Part shown: one piece after another, positions 32,477-43,682 of the stretch | How the letters are laid out: each line of letters begins with the position of its first letter | Numbering within the stretch: the first letter of the stretch is position 1 | DNA from: an uncultured virus (IMG/VR IMGVR_UViG_3300025789_000033) | Lineage: Duplodnaviria > Heunggongvirae > Uroviricota > Caudoviricetes | Virus record (IMG/VR): IMGVR_UViG_3300025789_000033 | DNA: 64,000 bases | Direction: 5' to 3' (one strand) | Program-made: the position numbers and the translations under genes | Notes under the pieces: model-generated | Databases searched by the model: none | Told to the model about the DNA's origin: nothing | What the model saw: only the letters and a program-made list of their open reading frames with translations

Positions 32477-35061
32477 ACAGTTATCCTATCGTTTCTAAAT
32501 ATAAGGTATTTATCGCCTAGATAACCACTGACAGAATCTATTGTGTATCTGTCTACGGTATAATCTAAGGCTGTAAAATCGAATTTACTAAATTTAATGT
32601 TTAGTAAAATGTCGTTAGCAGTGCCTACTTTACAAAAGCAAATAGGGATAGCTAGGGTATATCCTTGTTCTTGTTTTTGTCCTGTTTGAATAGTTCTCAT
32701 CCACAGCGGCAAATAATTACGTTCAGTTAGTCCTACACCAGCAAGCCTAGACTGCCAGTTAGTAACACTATTAGGGAATACAGTATTAGGGTTAGGATTT
32801 GAAACTTCAAATCCTGTGCTATCTGCAGTTATGATTGGCTCTGGACGTACTGAAGTTGGAGCATCTAAGTTTAACACATTTGTTGAATTATTCCAGAAAT
32901 TCGTACTGCTGTCAACAGTTATAGTATTAGAAGATATACCAACCTTATTAACTATTTTGTTTGGAAGAATTCCAACAGCCGGACTCAACGGATCAACCAT
33001 GTTTACATATATGACTTCGTAAAGTTCTACGCCAGTCGCTGGATCAACAGCAATTGATTTAGCTACAGAACCAAACTGGAATCTTTTACGCTTATGATTT
33101 AGTCCCATTGCACCTATATAAGCTGCCGCCTCTTTGGTTTCGATGCCACCATAAACTAGCATAGATAGATTAGATTGTATTCCAAATGTTGGATCGTTTA
33201 TTCTATAAATGCTACTAGGTGTAAAAATAGATGAGTCGTTAATAAATCCCTTCCAAATTGCTCGTTGGTTAGTCTTTAAGAATGGACGTACACTAATATT
33301 ACTATAAGCGGTTGTGTTAGGAGTATCAATGGTTAGCGTAAATGTTCTAGTGCTTGAACTATAACCATACTGGTCCTGAGCTTGTACTGTAAATGTATAT
33401 GTATGATCAAATGTAGTAGCACCGCCGTCGAACGTAGTATTACTTGTGTCGAATCTAATTAATCCAAGCTGACCACTTAACGAGTTATAGTATTGATTTA
33501 CCTTCCCAATAATTTCACCATCGAGATTTAAAGTTAACCCAGGAGGCAATGCTCCGTCTATTATATTATAGATAACAATTGAATTAGGTACTGATGATAC
33601 AGCATTAATATTTAATGTTGAATAATAGTCGGCATGCAGAGTTTCTAATACACTATCAGTGTTCCATATAACAGTACTGTCAATTTCTCCAATGATTGTA
33701 ACTGTAAATGTTTTGTATGCAGTAGTAGTATCGCCCTTATCTCCGAATCTATTAGCTACAAGGGTGAATGTATACGTTTTACTAATAGCAGGTTGATATG
33801 GAACTATACCAAAGATTTCTCCAGTGCCTACATCAAAATTAGTACCTGGAGGAAGTGTACTTAATGATCCCATATAAAATGGAATCATTTCAGGCAACGT
33901 CATTAGTAACCCTGTAGACAATGTTAGTCGATAAGCGCCGCCGCCTAAGTCTGCTACAACTGCAATTTGATACAGGTCACCTGATGCATTTGGTATGTAG
34001 TTTTCAAAATTAATCCAATGCCCAACTACCGGCGCACTTGATGCAGAAGTTACCGTTAGACTATGGCTTCCGATAATGTTGTCTAAATTAGTTATTTGTC
34101 TTGTAATTGCTCTTACTTCTTGATTTGTAGAAGATAGACTAAAAATAACATTTTTATTATCATACAACACAATAGGTAAAGTTATATAGTTATTTGCTCT
34201 AAACACTCCTAAGTTTGAATCATTAATCCAAACTGGTTCACGCAAATAAGTAGCATCAGCAGTAAACCCACTAGCACCGCCATCTAAAGTTGTTGAGTCT
34301 GCACGGAACTGATCAGTTCCTACAACAAATATTTTAAATATTCGTTGAGAATAATTTACGCCATCTGTTAGTGTAACTCGAAATTGATAATTAGCATTTA
34401 TACTATTTGGAGGATGCAACGGGCTGTTGTAGTCGTAAAATACATCGTCATATTGATAACTGTCAAAACCGTCGTTCGAAGTTGTTCCAAAATCAAATGC
34501 TACTGCATCGTAGTACCCATCGTCATAAGTTCCTGATCCGTCAACTGCTGTTATTTTATAAATTGGTTGAATAAAACCTGTAATACGTCCTGAACTTGAT
34601 AAGGTAAGACCTTTAGGTAATAATCCATCGTCACTGGCTATAAAGTATGTTAGTTTACTTCCGACTACAGTGTTTAAGTCAAATGCTTCAATTTGATAAT
34701 CAACATGGGTGTCATCTAAAACGTACAACTGCTGATGAATTCCAATTGGTAATGCCCCAGCCGCAGTTACAAATACCGGTACATTAGACCCGGTAATAGT
34801 CATAGTGAATGTTCTATCAGAAATACTTGTGCCGTCAGTGGCTCTAATACAAAATTTATAAATTGTATCATTGCTAACAATGTATGGGGATCCTAATATA
34901 CTAGATCCGTCAATTCTTAACCCGCCTGGTAGTGCTCCTGAGATTACATGAAATGTAATCCCAGAACTGTTAGATACTGGTAGTGCGTAGCTGATAGATA
35001 CGCTTTCAGGAAAACTTCCTAAACTATAACCAGTAGGTTGAGTCCAGACTGCTAACGACAT
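32473..35061 (-). CDS. Baseplate-associated protein with putative Ig-like (He_PIG) repeats
   Basis: Repeated GxLPxGLxL...G.I.G...Y.F.(V/I).A.D units. Confidence 0.7.
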   Translation of the reverse strand: MSLAVWTQPTGYSLGSFPESVSISYALPVSNSSGITFHVISGALPGGLRIDGSSILGSPYIVSNDTIYKFCIRATDGTSISDRTFTMTITGSNVPVFVTAAGALPIGIHQQLYVLDDTHVDYQIEAFDLNTVVGSKLTYFIASDDGLLPKGLTLSSSGRITGFIQPIYKITAVDGSGTYDDGYYDAVAFDFGTTSNDGFDSYQYDDVFYDYNSPLHPPNSINANYQFRVTLTDGVNYSQRIFKIFVVGTDQFRADSTTLDGGASGFTADATYLREPVWINDSNLGVFRANNYITLPIVLYDNKNVIFSLSSTNQEVRAITRQITNLDNIIGSHSLTVTSASSAPVVGHWINFENYIPNASGDLYQIAVVADLGGGAYRLTLSTGLLMTLPEMIPFYMGSLSTLPPGTNFDVGTGEIFGIVPYQPAISKTYTFTLVANRFGDKGDTTTAYKTFTVTIIGEIDSTVIWNTDSVLETLHADYYSTLNINAVSSVPNSIVIYNIIDGALPPGLTLNLDGEIIGKVNQYYNSLSGQLGLIRFDTSNTTFDGGATTFDHTYTFTVQAQDQYGYSSSTRTFTLTIDTPNTTAYSNISVRPFLKTNQRAIWKGFINDSSIFTPSSIYRINDPTFGIQSNLSMLVYGGIETKEAAAYIGAMGLNHKRKRFQFGSVAKSIAVDPATGVELYEVIYVNMVDPLSPAVGILPNKIVNKVGISSNTITVDSSTNFWNNSTNVLNLDAPTSVRPEPIITADSTGFEVSNPNPNTVFPNSVTNWQSRLAGVGLTERNYLPLWMRTIQTGQKQEQGYTLAIPICFCKVGTANDILLNIKFSKFDFTALDYTVDRYTIDSVSGYLGDKYLIFRNDRITV

Positions 35062-35070
35062 TAGTATTCC

Positions 35071-36597
35071 TTACGCACCAGCACGTGTTCTAATTACATA
35101 AAAACTATGTACGCCTGCTTCTGTAGCTGTAAATGTGTATCCGCTAATGCCTGAAGTACTTGCCATAGTGCCTGTAGCAGATCCTTTTGAAGAACCAATT
35201 GCAGTAGGAGTTGTTCCGCCACCACATAGGTACTGTGTTACAGTTCCTGAATTGTAGCAATTAACTAATATGCTTCCTGAGAAACTAGCAAACGCTACAG
35301 TTCCACCGATAGATAAAGTTACAGTAGCATTTGAACTATCGTAGTTCCAAATAGTGCCAGGTGCGCTAGTAGTTGTTATAGTACCACTATGTATTATAGT
35401 GCTGTCGTTGCCAATTTTAATAACTTGTTTTAGTGTTCCTGAAGAATTGGTTACACTAAAAATTAATGCGCCTGGTATTATACCTGAGCTAACGGCACCG
35501 TCGACAACAGCATCAATTTGGGCCGCAATAGCAACTCCAGTTGTGCTAGCAGTTGCGCCGGATAATGTTGCACCGCCTGCTTTAAGACTCATTAAATTAT
35601 CAGCAAATATAACTGGAGTCCATGATGCAAATGTTCCTCGAAATTTTTCAAACTTAACGTTTGGTCCATATGCATCGGTATAATAATTTCTAACAGCTAA
35701 TGTACTATTAGTCTGCCCAGTGGTTGTTTGTCTTACTGTGATACCGCCACTAGTAGTGTCTGAGCTTAGGTAAGGCCCAACAATCAATCGACCAGTGAAG
35801 TCAATACGAACACGAGTTTGATCCCCGCCTGTAGTGCCAGATGTACTAAAACTTAGCAATCCTGGAGCAACGCCAGTGCTAACAGTTGACGCAACACCTC
35901 CATACATACTGCCAGCTAGTACAAAGTTAGTTCCGTCATGCGCCCAATATTGGTACATACCAATCGTATCGCCAACTACCATGGTCAGTGGCGAAGCGAT
36001 AGTTCCTCGAGCTCTTCTAAATGTTTGAGTATTGTTTGTACCTACTGTTGAATTATATGTGTCTAATTGTATTTGAGGTGCACCGATTAGGGTGTCGTTG
36101 ACAACAGAATACGTACCGTTTCTTACAGCCATTCGATTGATATTGTCGTCCCAAAATACGCTAGCAGATGGACTTAATACTTGACCTGCTGTTGCATAAT
36201 ACGCAAGTGGTGATCCGTAACTTGCACTGATACCACCAGTCAGGACATTATTCACAGTAGCAGTTATTATACGTTGAGCTGAATAGCTAAACACAATTCC
36301 GTGTGCAGATGAGCTTGTTAACAACGCCGCGGCAGCATCTCGTGCTCGATTGGTTGTAAAATAGGAATTGTAAGTTCCTTCATTAACGTTGTCAGTAGTT
36401 AAGGCAACATTGCCGCTTTGACCGTTAACTGTTTGTACAGGAGCAACAGGGATTCCGCCGGCTAATAAACTACCAGTGCCACCAGTCTTGCCTCCAACAT
36501 ACAACAAATTAGTATCAGTTGTGTAGAGTAATTCACCTTCTGCAGGAGTAATTGTAGTTCGTTGACTGTTCGTCCCTCTTCTTATTTGTAATGTCAT
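35071..36597 (-). CDS. Tail fibre-like protein
   Basis: N-terminal LQIRRGT...EGELLYTTDT..LYVG adaptor module, VQTVNGQSG, and duplicated RGT.AS...V..D modules. Confidence 0.7.
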   Translation of the reverse strand: MTLQIRRGTNSQRTTITPAEGELLYTTDTNLLYVGGKTGGTGSLLAGGIPVAPVQTVNGQSGNVALTTDNVNEGTYNSYFTTNRARDAAAALLTSSSAHGIVFSYSAQRIITATVNNVLTGGISASYGSPLAYYATAGQVLSPSASVFWDDNINRMAVRNGTYSVVNDTLIGAPQIQLDTYNSTVGTNNTQTFRRARGTIASPLTMVVGDTIGMYQYWAHDGTNFVLAGSMYGGVASTVSTGVAPGLLSFSTSGTTGGDQTRVRIDFTGRLIVGPYLSSDTTSGGITVRQTTTGQTNSTLAVRNYYTDAYGPNVKFEKFRGTFASWTPVIFADNLMSLKAGGATLSGATASTTGVAIAAQIDAVVDGAVSSGIIPGALIFSVTNSSGTLKQVIKIGNDSTIIHSGTITTTSAPGTIWNYDSSNATVTLSIGGTVAFASFSGSILVNCYNSGTVTQYLCGGGTTPTAIGSSKGSATGTMASTSGISGYTFTATEAGVHSFYVIRTRAGA

Positions 36598-36611
36598 TCT
36601 ATTCTCCTACC

Positions 36612-37082
36612 TTAAAAGGTTCCTAAATCGTATGTTCCTTGCGGACTAGTAAATGTGCCTTGATCGCCAATAGTGCCGCTTAAAATTGTTTGTACTTGAT
36701 TGTTCAATGCACGAATATCAATACCCCAAACAGTAGTTTCAACATCTCCGGTACCTACAATGTTATGTCCGTTTAGAACTAAATTGCCACCTAACTGTGG
36801 ATTTGCATCGCCTTGTACGCTAGAAGACACATTGATATTAACGGTATTTGATGTAGATGTAACAGTAACACCGCCACTACCTGTTATAGTTTTAAACTGT
36901 AGAACACCATTAGAATCTACAGAAAATAAGCCTGCACCAGTACCAATATTTTGACCATTTATACCGGCAATTTGTCCCGATAAAAACGTAAAGTTATTAT
37001 TAGCTTTGGTAAAAGCCGTGCGTAAATCATCGCCTGTGCCGTCGTTAGCGTAAGATCCTAAGTTAATTGTTTGAATAGTCAT
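36612..37082 (-). CDS. Baseplate/tail protein with a T4 gp9/gp10-like N-terminus
   Basis: INLGSYANDGTGDDLRTAFTKANNNF. Confidence 0.7.
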   Translation of the reverse strand: MTIQTINLGSYANDGTGDDLRTAFTKANNNFTFLSGQIAGINGQNIGTGAGLFSVDSNGVLQFKTITGSGGVTVTSTSNTVNINVSSSVQGDANPQLGGNLVLNGHNIVGTGDVETTVWGIDIRALNNQVQTILSGTIGDQGTFTSPQGTYDLGTF

Positions 37083-37103
37083 ATTCCGCTCTCTTTAGTA
37101 TAT

Positions 37104-37733
37104 TTAGCGGTTTTCGAACAATAGCAAATGCGGTCCACGAACAGGTTTAAGAGTAGCAGAATCTAGCTCTGCACCGTCTCCTTCGCGTAGTTTAGTACCA
37201 TTTACAAAGCAAGCACCTTTAACAACATACAAATAACTAGCACCAACGATAATAGTATCAGTTAATATACCAGCACTGACCTTCATATCTTGTTTTAAGT
37301 CAACAGCAATAGGTCCAAACTCTGATGATTTTGAGATGATTTCGTAGTAGGGTTCTGTGTCCCTATATTCGTCCTTAGGCTCAATCCATAGTTGTAAGTA
37401 ACGTGCCGGTACAGTGCCTACACTGGCTTCTGTGTGCCATATTTCCCGGCCACACCACATGTGCTGTACTTGCCCTGGAACAGCACGACTGACATTACCT
37501 AGACTATCAGTATGTTCCAGCTCGCCTTCTACTAGGTATCCTAGTATATCGTAGTTGCGATGAGGATGATTAGGAACCATATTACCTGGCTGTTGTAGGT
37601 CATCGTTGATAACTTTTAAGTTACCCCAATTCATATACTTAGGATCCCAATAGCTGTTATTGCTAAATGTTCTGCGACTAACAATCCAGTTGGTAATCAA
37701 CATACCTCTGGTATCAGCTGGACGTATTTTCAT
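37104..37733 (-). CDS. Pirin-family (YhhW-like) cupin
   Basis: TFS..YWDP, LKVINDD, HPHRNYDILGY, LEHTDSLGN, IWHTE and LQLWI motifs. An alternative GTG start exists at 37739. Confidence 0.88.
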   Translation of the reverse strand: MKIRPADTRGMLITNWIVSRRTFSNNSYWDPKYMNWGNLKVINDDLQQPGNMVPNHPHRNYDILGYLVEGELEHTDSLGNVSRAVPGQVQHMWCGREIWHTEASVGTVPARYLQLWIEPKDEYRDTEPYYEIISKSSEFGPIAVDLKQDMKVSAGILTDTIIVGASYLYVVKGACFVNGTKLREGDGAELDSATLKPVRGPHLLLFENR

Positions 37734-37735
37734 AG

Positions 37736-39097
37736 TCACACTCCGTATCTACCGCGGAGTGCTGTGAAGTTTTGTGTAACTTCTGTAGGTGTTAGTGCTC
37801 TATTATAGATTTTCCAAGCACCAATAAATCCGTGAAAATACCCTGAAGTCCCACCTAGATAATCAGCACAGGGTATACCCATACTTAAAACTGTTGGACC
37901 ATTATAAGCTACAGTTGGACTTTGTTTTGCGCCTGTAGTAGTACCACCTGCTACATTGTTGACATAGGTCCTAAGCATAGACCCATCATAGGTTGTTACG
38001 ATATGATACCAAGTGTTAGCGGTCCAAGTGTTTTTGGCTATGGCGCCACCAGTATTGTAAACACCTGCTCTGATATCCACATTAGTAAATCCCATTTGTG
38101 TATCTTGCCAGCCGCCTCCTACATTTGGCGACCATTCAGCAATCAGCACTCCCGGTGTGCCAGCACTTACAGGACAGGCCCATACATCGAATGTAAATGC
38201 TGAATCTAAATCAGAACCGTATCCATCAGTTTTAGCAAAATATTGACTGCTACCATTCAACTGTAATACTGGTGTACCATTGAATATTGTAGTAGTAGGA
38301 TTATCAAATAGTGTAGCATTACGACTGTTGCCGCTTGAATCTGGGAATGTAGCAGTATTGGTTATTGCCCTAGCATCGTAGTTGGCATATAGTCCATTAG
38401 TAACAAAACTAGGATTGTTAGTATTAAAGTCGTCTAATATTTCACCAGACGTTAATGCTCTGTTGTAGATCTTTAGAGAAGCAATTTTGCCATCTAGATA
38501 AGAATCACTGCCCCAGTTACTGCGGCCTATGTAATTATTAGTTCTAGTGACATTGGCGATGCCAGCATTGGCGGCACTGGCAACCTGTTGACCATTAATG
38601 TATATTAATCCAGTTGATCCTGATTGTACTGCCACTAGCTGTACCCATTGATTGGGTGTCAATGGCTGACTGCTGTATATGTTGTCCGCTCCTGTTGTAC
38701 TGTAAGCAGGATATCCGTTTCCGCCAGTGGTTGGAGTAAGAAGTACATCGTTTGAGTTAGGGCCGTTACCAAAGTCAAATATTCTACTCCAGGACGGAAA
38801 ACTGCGAATATAAACCCAACTGATAGCTGTCATATCGTTGTTGGTAAACATCGTAGCTGGTGGGAAGTCAGCGTACTGCTGTTGTGTATAATCAAAGCTG
38901 ATGCCATCTGTATCAAAACTAGCACCATTGTGTAGTGTCACAGTATGGCCTTGCCCGCTGAGATCATACCAAGTAGTTCCTGTGCCAGGATAACTTCTTG
39001 TATCGTTGGCATTTATGTAAAATATTAGATCGGTCCTGTAACCGTATAAACTTACGCCTGGGTTAATTACTGTGCCCGGATTAATAGTTAATGCCAT
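37736..39097 (-). CDS. Virion protein with two LamG/concanavalin-A-like domains
   Basis: SYPGTGTTWYDLSG and two copies of W...V......Y.N...G.I...KIYNRALT..E(I/V). Confidence 0.85.
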   Translation of the reverse strand: MALTINPGTVINPGVSLYGYRTDLIFYINANDTRSYPGTGTTWYDLSGQGHTVTLHNGASFDTDGISFDYTQQQYADFPPATMFTNNDMTAISWVYIRSFPSWSRIFDFGNGPNSNDVLLTPTTGGNGYPAYSTTGADNIYSSQPLTPNQWVQLVAVQSGSTGLIYINGQQVASAANAGIANVTRTNNYIGRSNWGSDSYLDGKIASLKIYNRALTSGEILDDFNTNNPSFVTNGLYANYDARAITNTATFPDSSGNSRNATLFDNPTTTIFNGTPVLQLNGSSQYFAKTDGYGSDLDSAFTFDVWACPVSAGTPGVLIAEWSPNVGGGWQDTQMGFTNVDIRAGVYNTGGAIAKNTWTANTWYHIVTTYDGSMLRTYVNNVAGGTTTGAKQSPTVAYNGPTVLSMGIPCADYLGGTSGYFHGFIGAWKIYNRALTPTEVTQNFTALRGRYGV

Positions 39098-39098
39098 A

Positions 39099-40811
39099 TT
39101 ACAACAATCTCTCTACTGTGATAGCGCCATATGTAATGCCAAAATCATTTGGGTTAACTGCGCCCATGAATGTTGCTCTAAATATTCTACCAGTGTCGAT
39201 ACATTGTATACGAACCGTGACATAATCGCCTGGTTGTAGCACAGATGATAATATAACGCTACCACCTGTGTTGTTCACTTGAATCGGTGTTGCACCACTT
39301 GAACCAGCTATAGGATTAGCACTACTACTTGCGGCCAACCAAGCATCATAACTCCAAATAGTGTTATAAAGAGGATTGCCGCCAGCTCCAGCATAACTCT
39401 GTATTGTAGGATGACCGGTTCCAGGATCAAAATAGAATTGATAATCTAAGTTAGCGATTCCACCACTGCTTGGATAAGTTGTTCCCCAAGGACTTTGTGA
39501 TACTCCTTGTAGTTCAAATGCTGTTAACTGGTTTGTAGCATCTGGGAATTGAATAGAACCAGAATTAAATGTCCAACTACTGCTGTTGCTTGTAAGAACG
39601 ATTCCGCTGGTATTAACACTTACAGATGCTTGGCTTAGATAGTTCAATGTTATATAACCATAACTGTTTACATTACAGATTATGTCAATACCAGCACCGC
39701 CGTTGCCAATCTGTCCTTGACCGTTCGGTAATGTTATTATACCGGGTACTGTTAGGCTGGCATCTGTGCCAAAGCCCCAGGTGTTGCTATTAGATACTAA
39801 CTGTAGTCCATTAGTTCCACCACTTATTTGTCCGGCGCCACTGGCAGTTATAGGAACTGTTAAAATACCAGTAGTATCAAATGTCCAAGTTAATTCAGTA
39901 CCACCGCCTACCGCTGATCCAAGTTGAATAGGGCCATAAGTGTTACCAATTTGAACTGCTCCAGTTCCAGCATTAGCAGGTAATACGATACCGGCTGTAG
40001 CACCTACAACTCCTGCATTACTAATAACAATGCCATTAGTGCTTTGTATAGCACCCGGAACTACTAGATTACCGTCAGTGCCAAATGTCCAAGTACGTGT
40101 GGTAGCGCCATCGTAGCTATTAACTGTAACAGCACCTGTGCCAGCGGCAGAATCTATTTCGCCGGGAATTGTCAGTATACCGTTCTGGCCAAATACATAT
40201 AGTTTCTGTCCGTTACCGCCGCTAGCACCTATAGTAGGACTTCCACCGCCCACTGGTAATTGTAAATAGTTGGCATCATCACCAAAGAACAGATCAAAAC
40301 TTTGATCAACCTTGTTGATGTGGAAGTGTGTTGGCATACCAGGTGCCTCAAGATTATAACCAAACTGTACTGTACCACGGGCTGTGTGCATCTCAATACC
40401 ACTGCCATCGAAGTAAAGATAATTTGTATAGCTGGCTGTGCTAAGAGAAGTGGCATCAGTTAATGAACTGTCTGAGTGACCAATGATCAGTTCTTCTGCT
40501 GAAGCAATATACATAGCGCCAATAGTGCCGTGGCCTGCGGTTCCGCCTGTGCGGATAATCATATCATCATCACTGAACAATATTGCTGGATTATTTGTGT
40601 TATAGCCCGAGCCAATGCCAGCATCAGTGCCAAATGATCCTATGCTTCCGCCCCCGCCACTTATCGCATTACCGCCTGCTGTGCTACCATTGTGTAAGCG
40701 TAGTTCACCGCCGTTGGCAACAACCAGTGTGCCGTTAGGTAGTATAACATTATAACCGTCGCCCTGTACAGTTGATGTTACTACTCTATTATAAAAAATT
40801 GGGTTTGTCAT
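39099..40811 (-). CDS. Tail fibre-like protein
   Basis: Gly/Thr/Ser-rich with repeated W.F..(D/T)G.L.(V/I)P units. Confidence 0.65.
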   Translation of the reverse strand: MTNPIFYNRVVTSTVQGDGYNVILPNGTLVVANGGELRLHNGSTAGGNAISGGGGSIGSFGTDAGIGSGYNTNNPAILFSDDDMIIRTGGTAGHGTIGAMYIASAEELIIGHSDSSLTDATSLSTASYTNYLYFDGSGIEMHTARGTVQFGYNLEAPGMPTHFHINKVDQSFDLFFGDDANYLQLPVGGGSPTIGASGGNGQKLYVFGQNGILTIPGEIDSAAGTGAVTVNSYDGATTRTWTFGTDGNLVVPGAIQSTNGIVISNAGVVGATAGIVLPANAGTGAVQIGNTYGPIQLGSAVGGGTELTWTFDTTGILTVPITASGAGQISGGTNGLQLVSNSNTWGFGTDASLTVPGIITLPNGQGQIGNGGAGIDIICNVNSYGYITLNYLSQASVSVNTSGIVLTSNSSSWTFNSGSIQFPDATNQLTAFELQGVSQSPWGTTYPSSGGIANLDYQFYFDPGTGHPTIQSYAGAGGNPLYNTIWSYDAWLAASSSANPIAGSSGATPIQVNNTGGSVILSSVLQPGDYVTVRIQCIDTGRIFRATFMGAVNPNDFGITYGAITVERLL

Positions 40812-40827
40812 TGTTATATCCTAATGT

Positions 40828-43680
40828 TTAGCAGTATTGTTCGCTGGCGTTGTAGAACACTTTAGCAGTCCATATAAAGTCCAGTTGTTGAGTACTAATA
40901 GAATCGGTTCTGTAAGCTCTTAATGTGCCATTATACGGTTGCCATATATTCAAGTTGGCAAACACAACATCGCTTTGACTATTACTTTCAGTTATTGCTG
41001 ATTCTATATGGCTGACATTCATAGCATAATTTTCATTTGAAGCTATAATAATTTGTCCAGTCATACTGCCAGTATTGCCAATATTGCTACTCAATACTTG
41101 ATAGTCGATAATCATACCATTGATCCAGTTAGGGTTAATGCCCAACTGTGTGCCCACGTCGCTGAGATCTAACCATACTTGCGCCGTACTGCTTGCTCCT
41201 ACTAGACGTTTGTAACCACTAGCATTTTTTATACCCACTGGCACATTTGAGAAATTATTGCTACTGTCAGTGTTTTGAACAAGTTCACCGGTAATATTTC
41301 TACCAGTATCAGTGACCAACGTGCCATTCGATTGAAGTGTTACAGTTTTAGTACCAACTGCCAGTTGATTTGGTCTAATACCTGAATGGAACAAGGTGTA
41401 ATCTAATGTGCTGGCAGTAACACTGACAGTATCTCCTGCGGCCAGTGTTTGTGTACTTGTGGTAAATCCAAAAGTAGTATCGGTTACAGTCAAGGTCACT
41501 GGGGCGCCACTCAAAGCACTATTGGTCAATTCAAATGGTCCAATAACTTGATTATCACCGCTGGTAGTTATCTGTGCCATGACACCTATGCTATTTGTAG
41601 GATAAGGTGCTAGTACAATAATTGAGGCACCAATTAACAAATTAGTTCCATTCAATGCCAAGACTTTACCAGTGGCACCAGGACTATTCCACCCATTATT
41701 ATCTATTAATGAGTTACTGCCGGGTGCTCCAAAGAACTTTTGCCACAAGCTAGTACCGCTGGTATCATAAGCCGCTACTAATCTACTGGTCTGTGGAATG
41801 CCAGCATTACCGCCATTAGAGTTATTGTTAAATGTTGTTGCTGAAATGTAAATGTGCCCATCTGCACCAGTAGTCATACTAGAACTAACGTTAGCACATC
41901 CTTGGCCAACTTCCCTGCTCCACATGACGCTACCATCAGTGTTGCTGACCTTCATGGTTATAATGCCGTACGTACTACTTGCATCGTGTGTAGCTAATAT
42001 AGCCCAGTTACCATCTGCTAATAAACAGCAATCAGTGCCTTTAACATCATAATTATTGCCAGTTACTGAAACTTGTTTTTGCCATATGGCTGTTGGACTA
42101 GTAACGTTAAATTTAACCATCTCTAGATAGTAGTGTGCATCAGTGTTACTTTCTTTAACACCAACTAGCAAAATATCACCTGTGCTATTATTAACGGCCA
42201 AACTGTAGGCCGCTTGCTCATATTGATCACCAAATGTGCTTGTTGGCGCGGATGTATTACCGTCAGTACCAATGAATGCTATAAAGAAATCATCGGCACT
42301 ATCAGTAATATTATAAGCAGAGCCAGCAACTACAACGCCGTTGAAGCTGTTGCCACCTGAACTATACACCATGGGCACAGCCTGCATATTATTAGCCTGG
42401 TGGGAGTCATGTATATCAACTTGCCATAAGATACTGCCATCACTGCCACTGATCTTTACCAGGGTATTGTTGTATACATTACTACCAACATTTATTTGTA
42501 CAACAGCATATACATCGTTGTTGGCATCACAGCATAAACTCCAAGGGTTAACGCTGTCGTTGTTGTATAAGTCTTTGGTCCAAACTGTGTCACCGTGATT
42601 GCTTAATTTAACAATACTGGATCTAGTTTCTCCTGGGCCACTCCATGGACCTTGGTATATTAAGGCAAATGTATTACCTTGACTATCATAAGCAACGGCC
42701 TGTGTTAAAGATTGTTTAGTTGAGGATACAGCCTGTACTGCCCATACTGTGGGATCAGTAACTGTGGGTCCGGGATATGCTGTGGTCTGCACAGTTTGAT
42801 CCGGAAATATAATATTACCGTCTTTGTTAAATGTCCAGGTTTGTTCATTGGAACCTGTTGGCTGTACCCCAATGTAAGCGTATGGATGTGCATGATCGCT
42901 ATTGTCTAAGTATAGTTCAGCACCGGCAGACCCGTTATAAGTGTAAAGGTCAATAGTATTTGTATGAAGATCCAACTCAGTATCATCGCCCGCCGATGAA
43001 TTTACCTGTATGTTGATATGCTGATCCGTGACAGTACTAATATTATAGCCGTTGAATTTAATGTTACCAGTGTCACCAATTGCATCCCAAATTATAGGTT
43101 GTGGTGGAGTTACTGTTACTACAAATGTTGTGCCTGAATCAATCTCAGTAGGATCACCACTAACGTATGGAACTTGAATGCTAAATGTAACGTGATTGGT
43201 ATCATAGTTCATGGTACCCACAGCAGAAGTTCTAGTACCTTCCAACACAGGTGATGTTAATGTAACAGTACCGCTGGCCACTGCAATGTTATACAACCAT
43301 CCTGCTAGTGTTGGGTTGTCACTTACATTGAATGTAAATGCCAGATTGCCGTTTATGTTTTGACCATTTAGAACGGTTTCACTTGTTGTAAGAGTGTAAC
43401 CAGTTGGTTCTTGTGCTGAGTAGGTCGATGTACAAATAAAAGTTTTGCCGGCACCGTTGACAACAATAGTACCAGCAGTGTCGCCAGCTACCCCATTAGG
43501 AAAACTAACTTCACGGAACGCAACGTTACTGGCATAATGCAAATTTTGCCATGAAGTTACACCGTCACCGTATTTTATTCTATTAGTATCTGTTTCTAAT
43601 CCCGGTTCAGCAAGAGCTAATGTAGGGTTGGCAGCAGTCCAGTTTGCCGATGTATCTCTTTTTAATTGAATTGTTGCCAT
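40828..43680 (-). CDS. Tail fibre/receptor-binding protein with a probable beta-propeller
   Basis: N-terminal IQLKRDT.ANWT..NP.LA..E.G.ETDT..IKYGDG module and repeated K...dG...W blades. Confidence 0.7.
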   Translation of the reverse strand: MATIQLKRDTSANWTAANPTLALAEPGLETDTNRIKYGDGVTSWQNLHYASNVAFREVSFPNGVAGDTAGTIVVNGAGKTFICTSTYSAQEPTGYTLTTSETVLNGQNINGNLAFTFNVSDNPTLAGWLYNIAVASGTVTLTSPVLEGTRTSAVGTMNYDTNHVTFSIQVPYVSGDPTEIDSGTTFVVTVTPPQPIIWDAIGDTGNIKFNGYNISTVTDQHINIQVNSSAGDDTELDLHTNTIDLYTYNGSAGAELYLDNSDHAHPYAYIGVQPTGSNEQTWTFNKDGNIIFPDQTVQTTAYPGPTVTDPTVWAVQAVSSTKQSLTQAVAYDSQGNTFALIYQGPWSGPGETRSSIVKLSNHGDTVWTKDLYNNDSVNPWSLCCDANNDVYAVVQINVGSNVYNNTLVKISGSDGSILWQVDIHDSHQANNMQAVPMVYSSGGNSFNGVVVAGSAYNITDSADDFFIAFIGTDGNTSAPTSTFGDQYEQAAYSLAVNNSTGDILLVGVKESNTDAHYYLEMVKFNVTSPTAIWQKQVSVTGNNYDVKGTDCCLLADGNWAILATHDASSTYGIITMKVSNTDGSVMWSREVGQGCANVSSSMTTGADGHIYISATTFNNNSNGGNAGIPQTSRLVAAYDTSGTSLWQKFFGAPGSNSLIDNNGWNSPGATGKVLALNGTNLLIGASIIVLAPYPTNSIGVMAQITTSGDNQVIGPFELTNSALSGAPVTLTVTDTTFGFTTSTQTLAAGDTVSVTASTLDYTLFHSGIRPNQLAVGTKTVTLQSNGTLVTDTGRNITGELVQNTDSSNNFSNVPVGIKNASGYKRLVGASSTAQVWLDLSDVGTQLGINPNWINGMIIDYQVLSSNIGNTGSMTGQIIIASNENYAMNVSHIESAITESNSQSDVVFANLNIWQPYNGTLRAYRTDSISTQQLDFIWTAKVFYNASEQYC

Positions 43681-43682
43681 TC

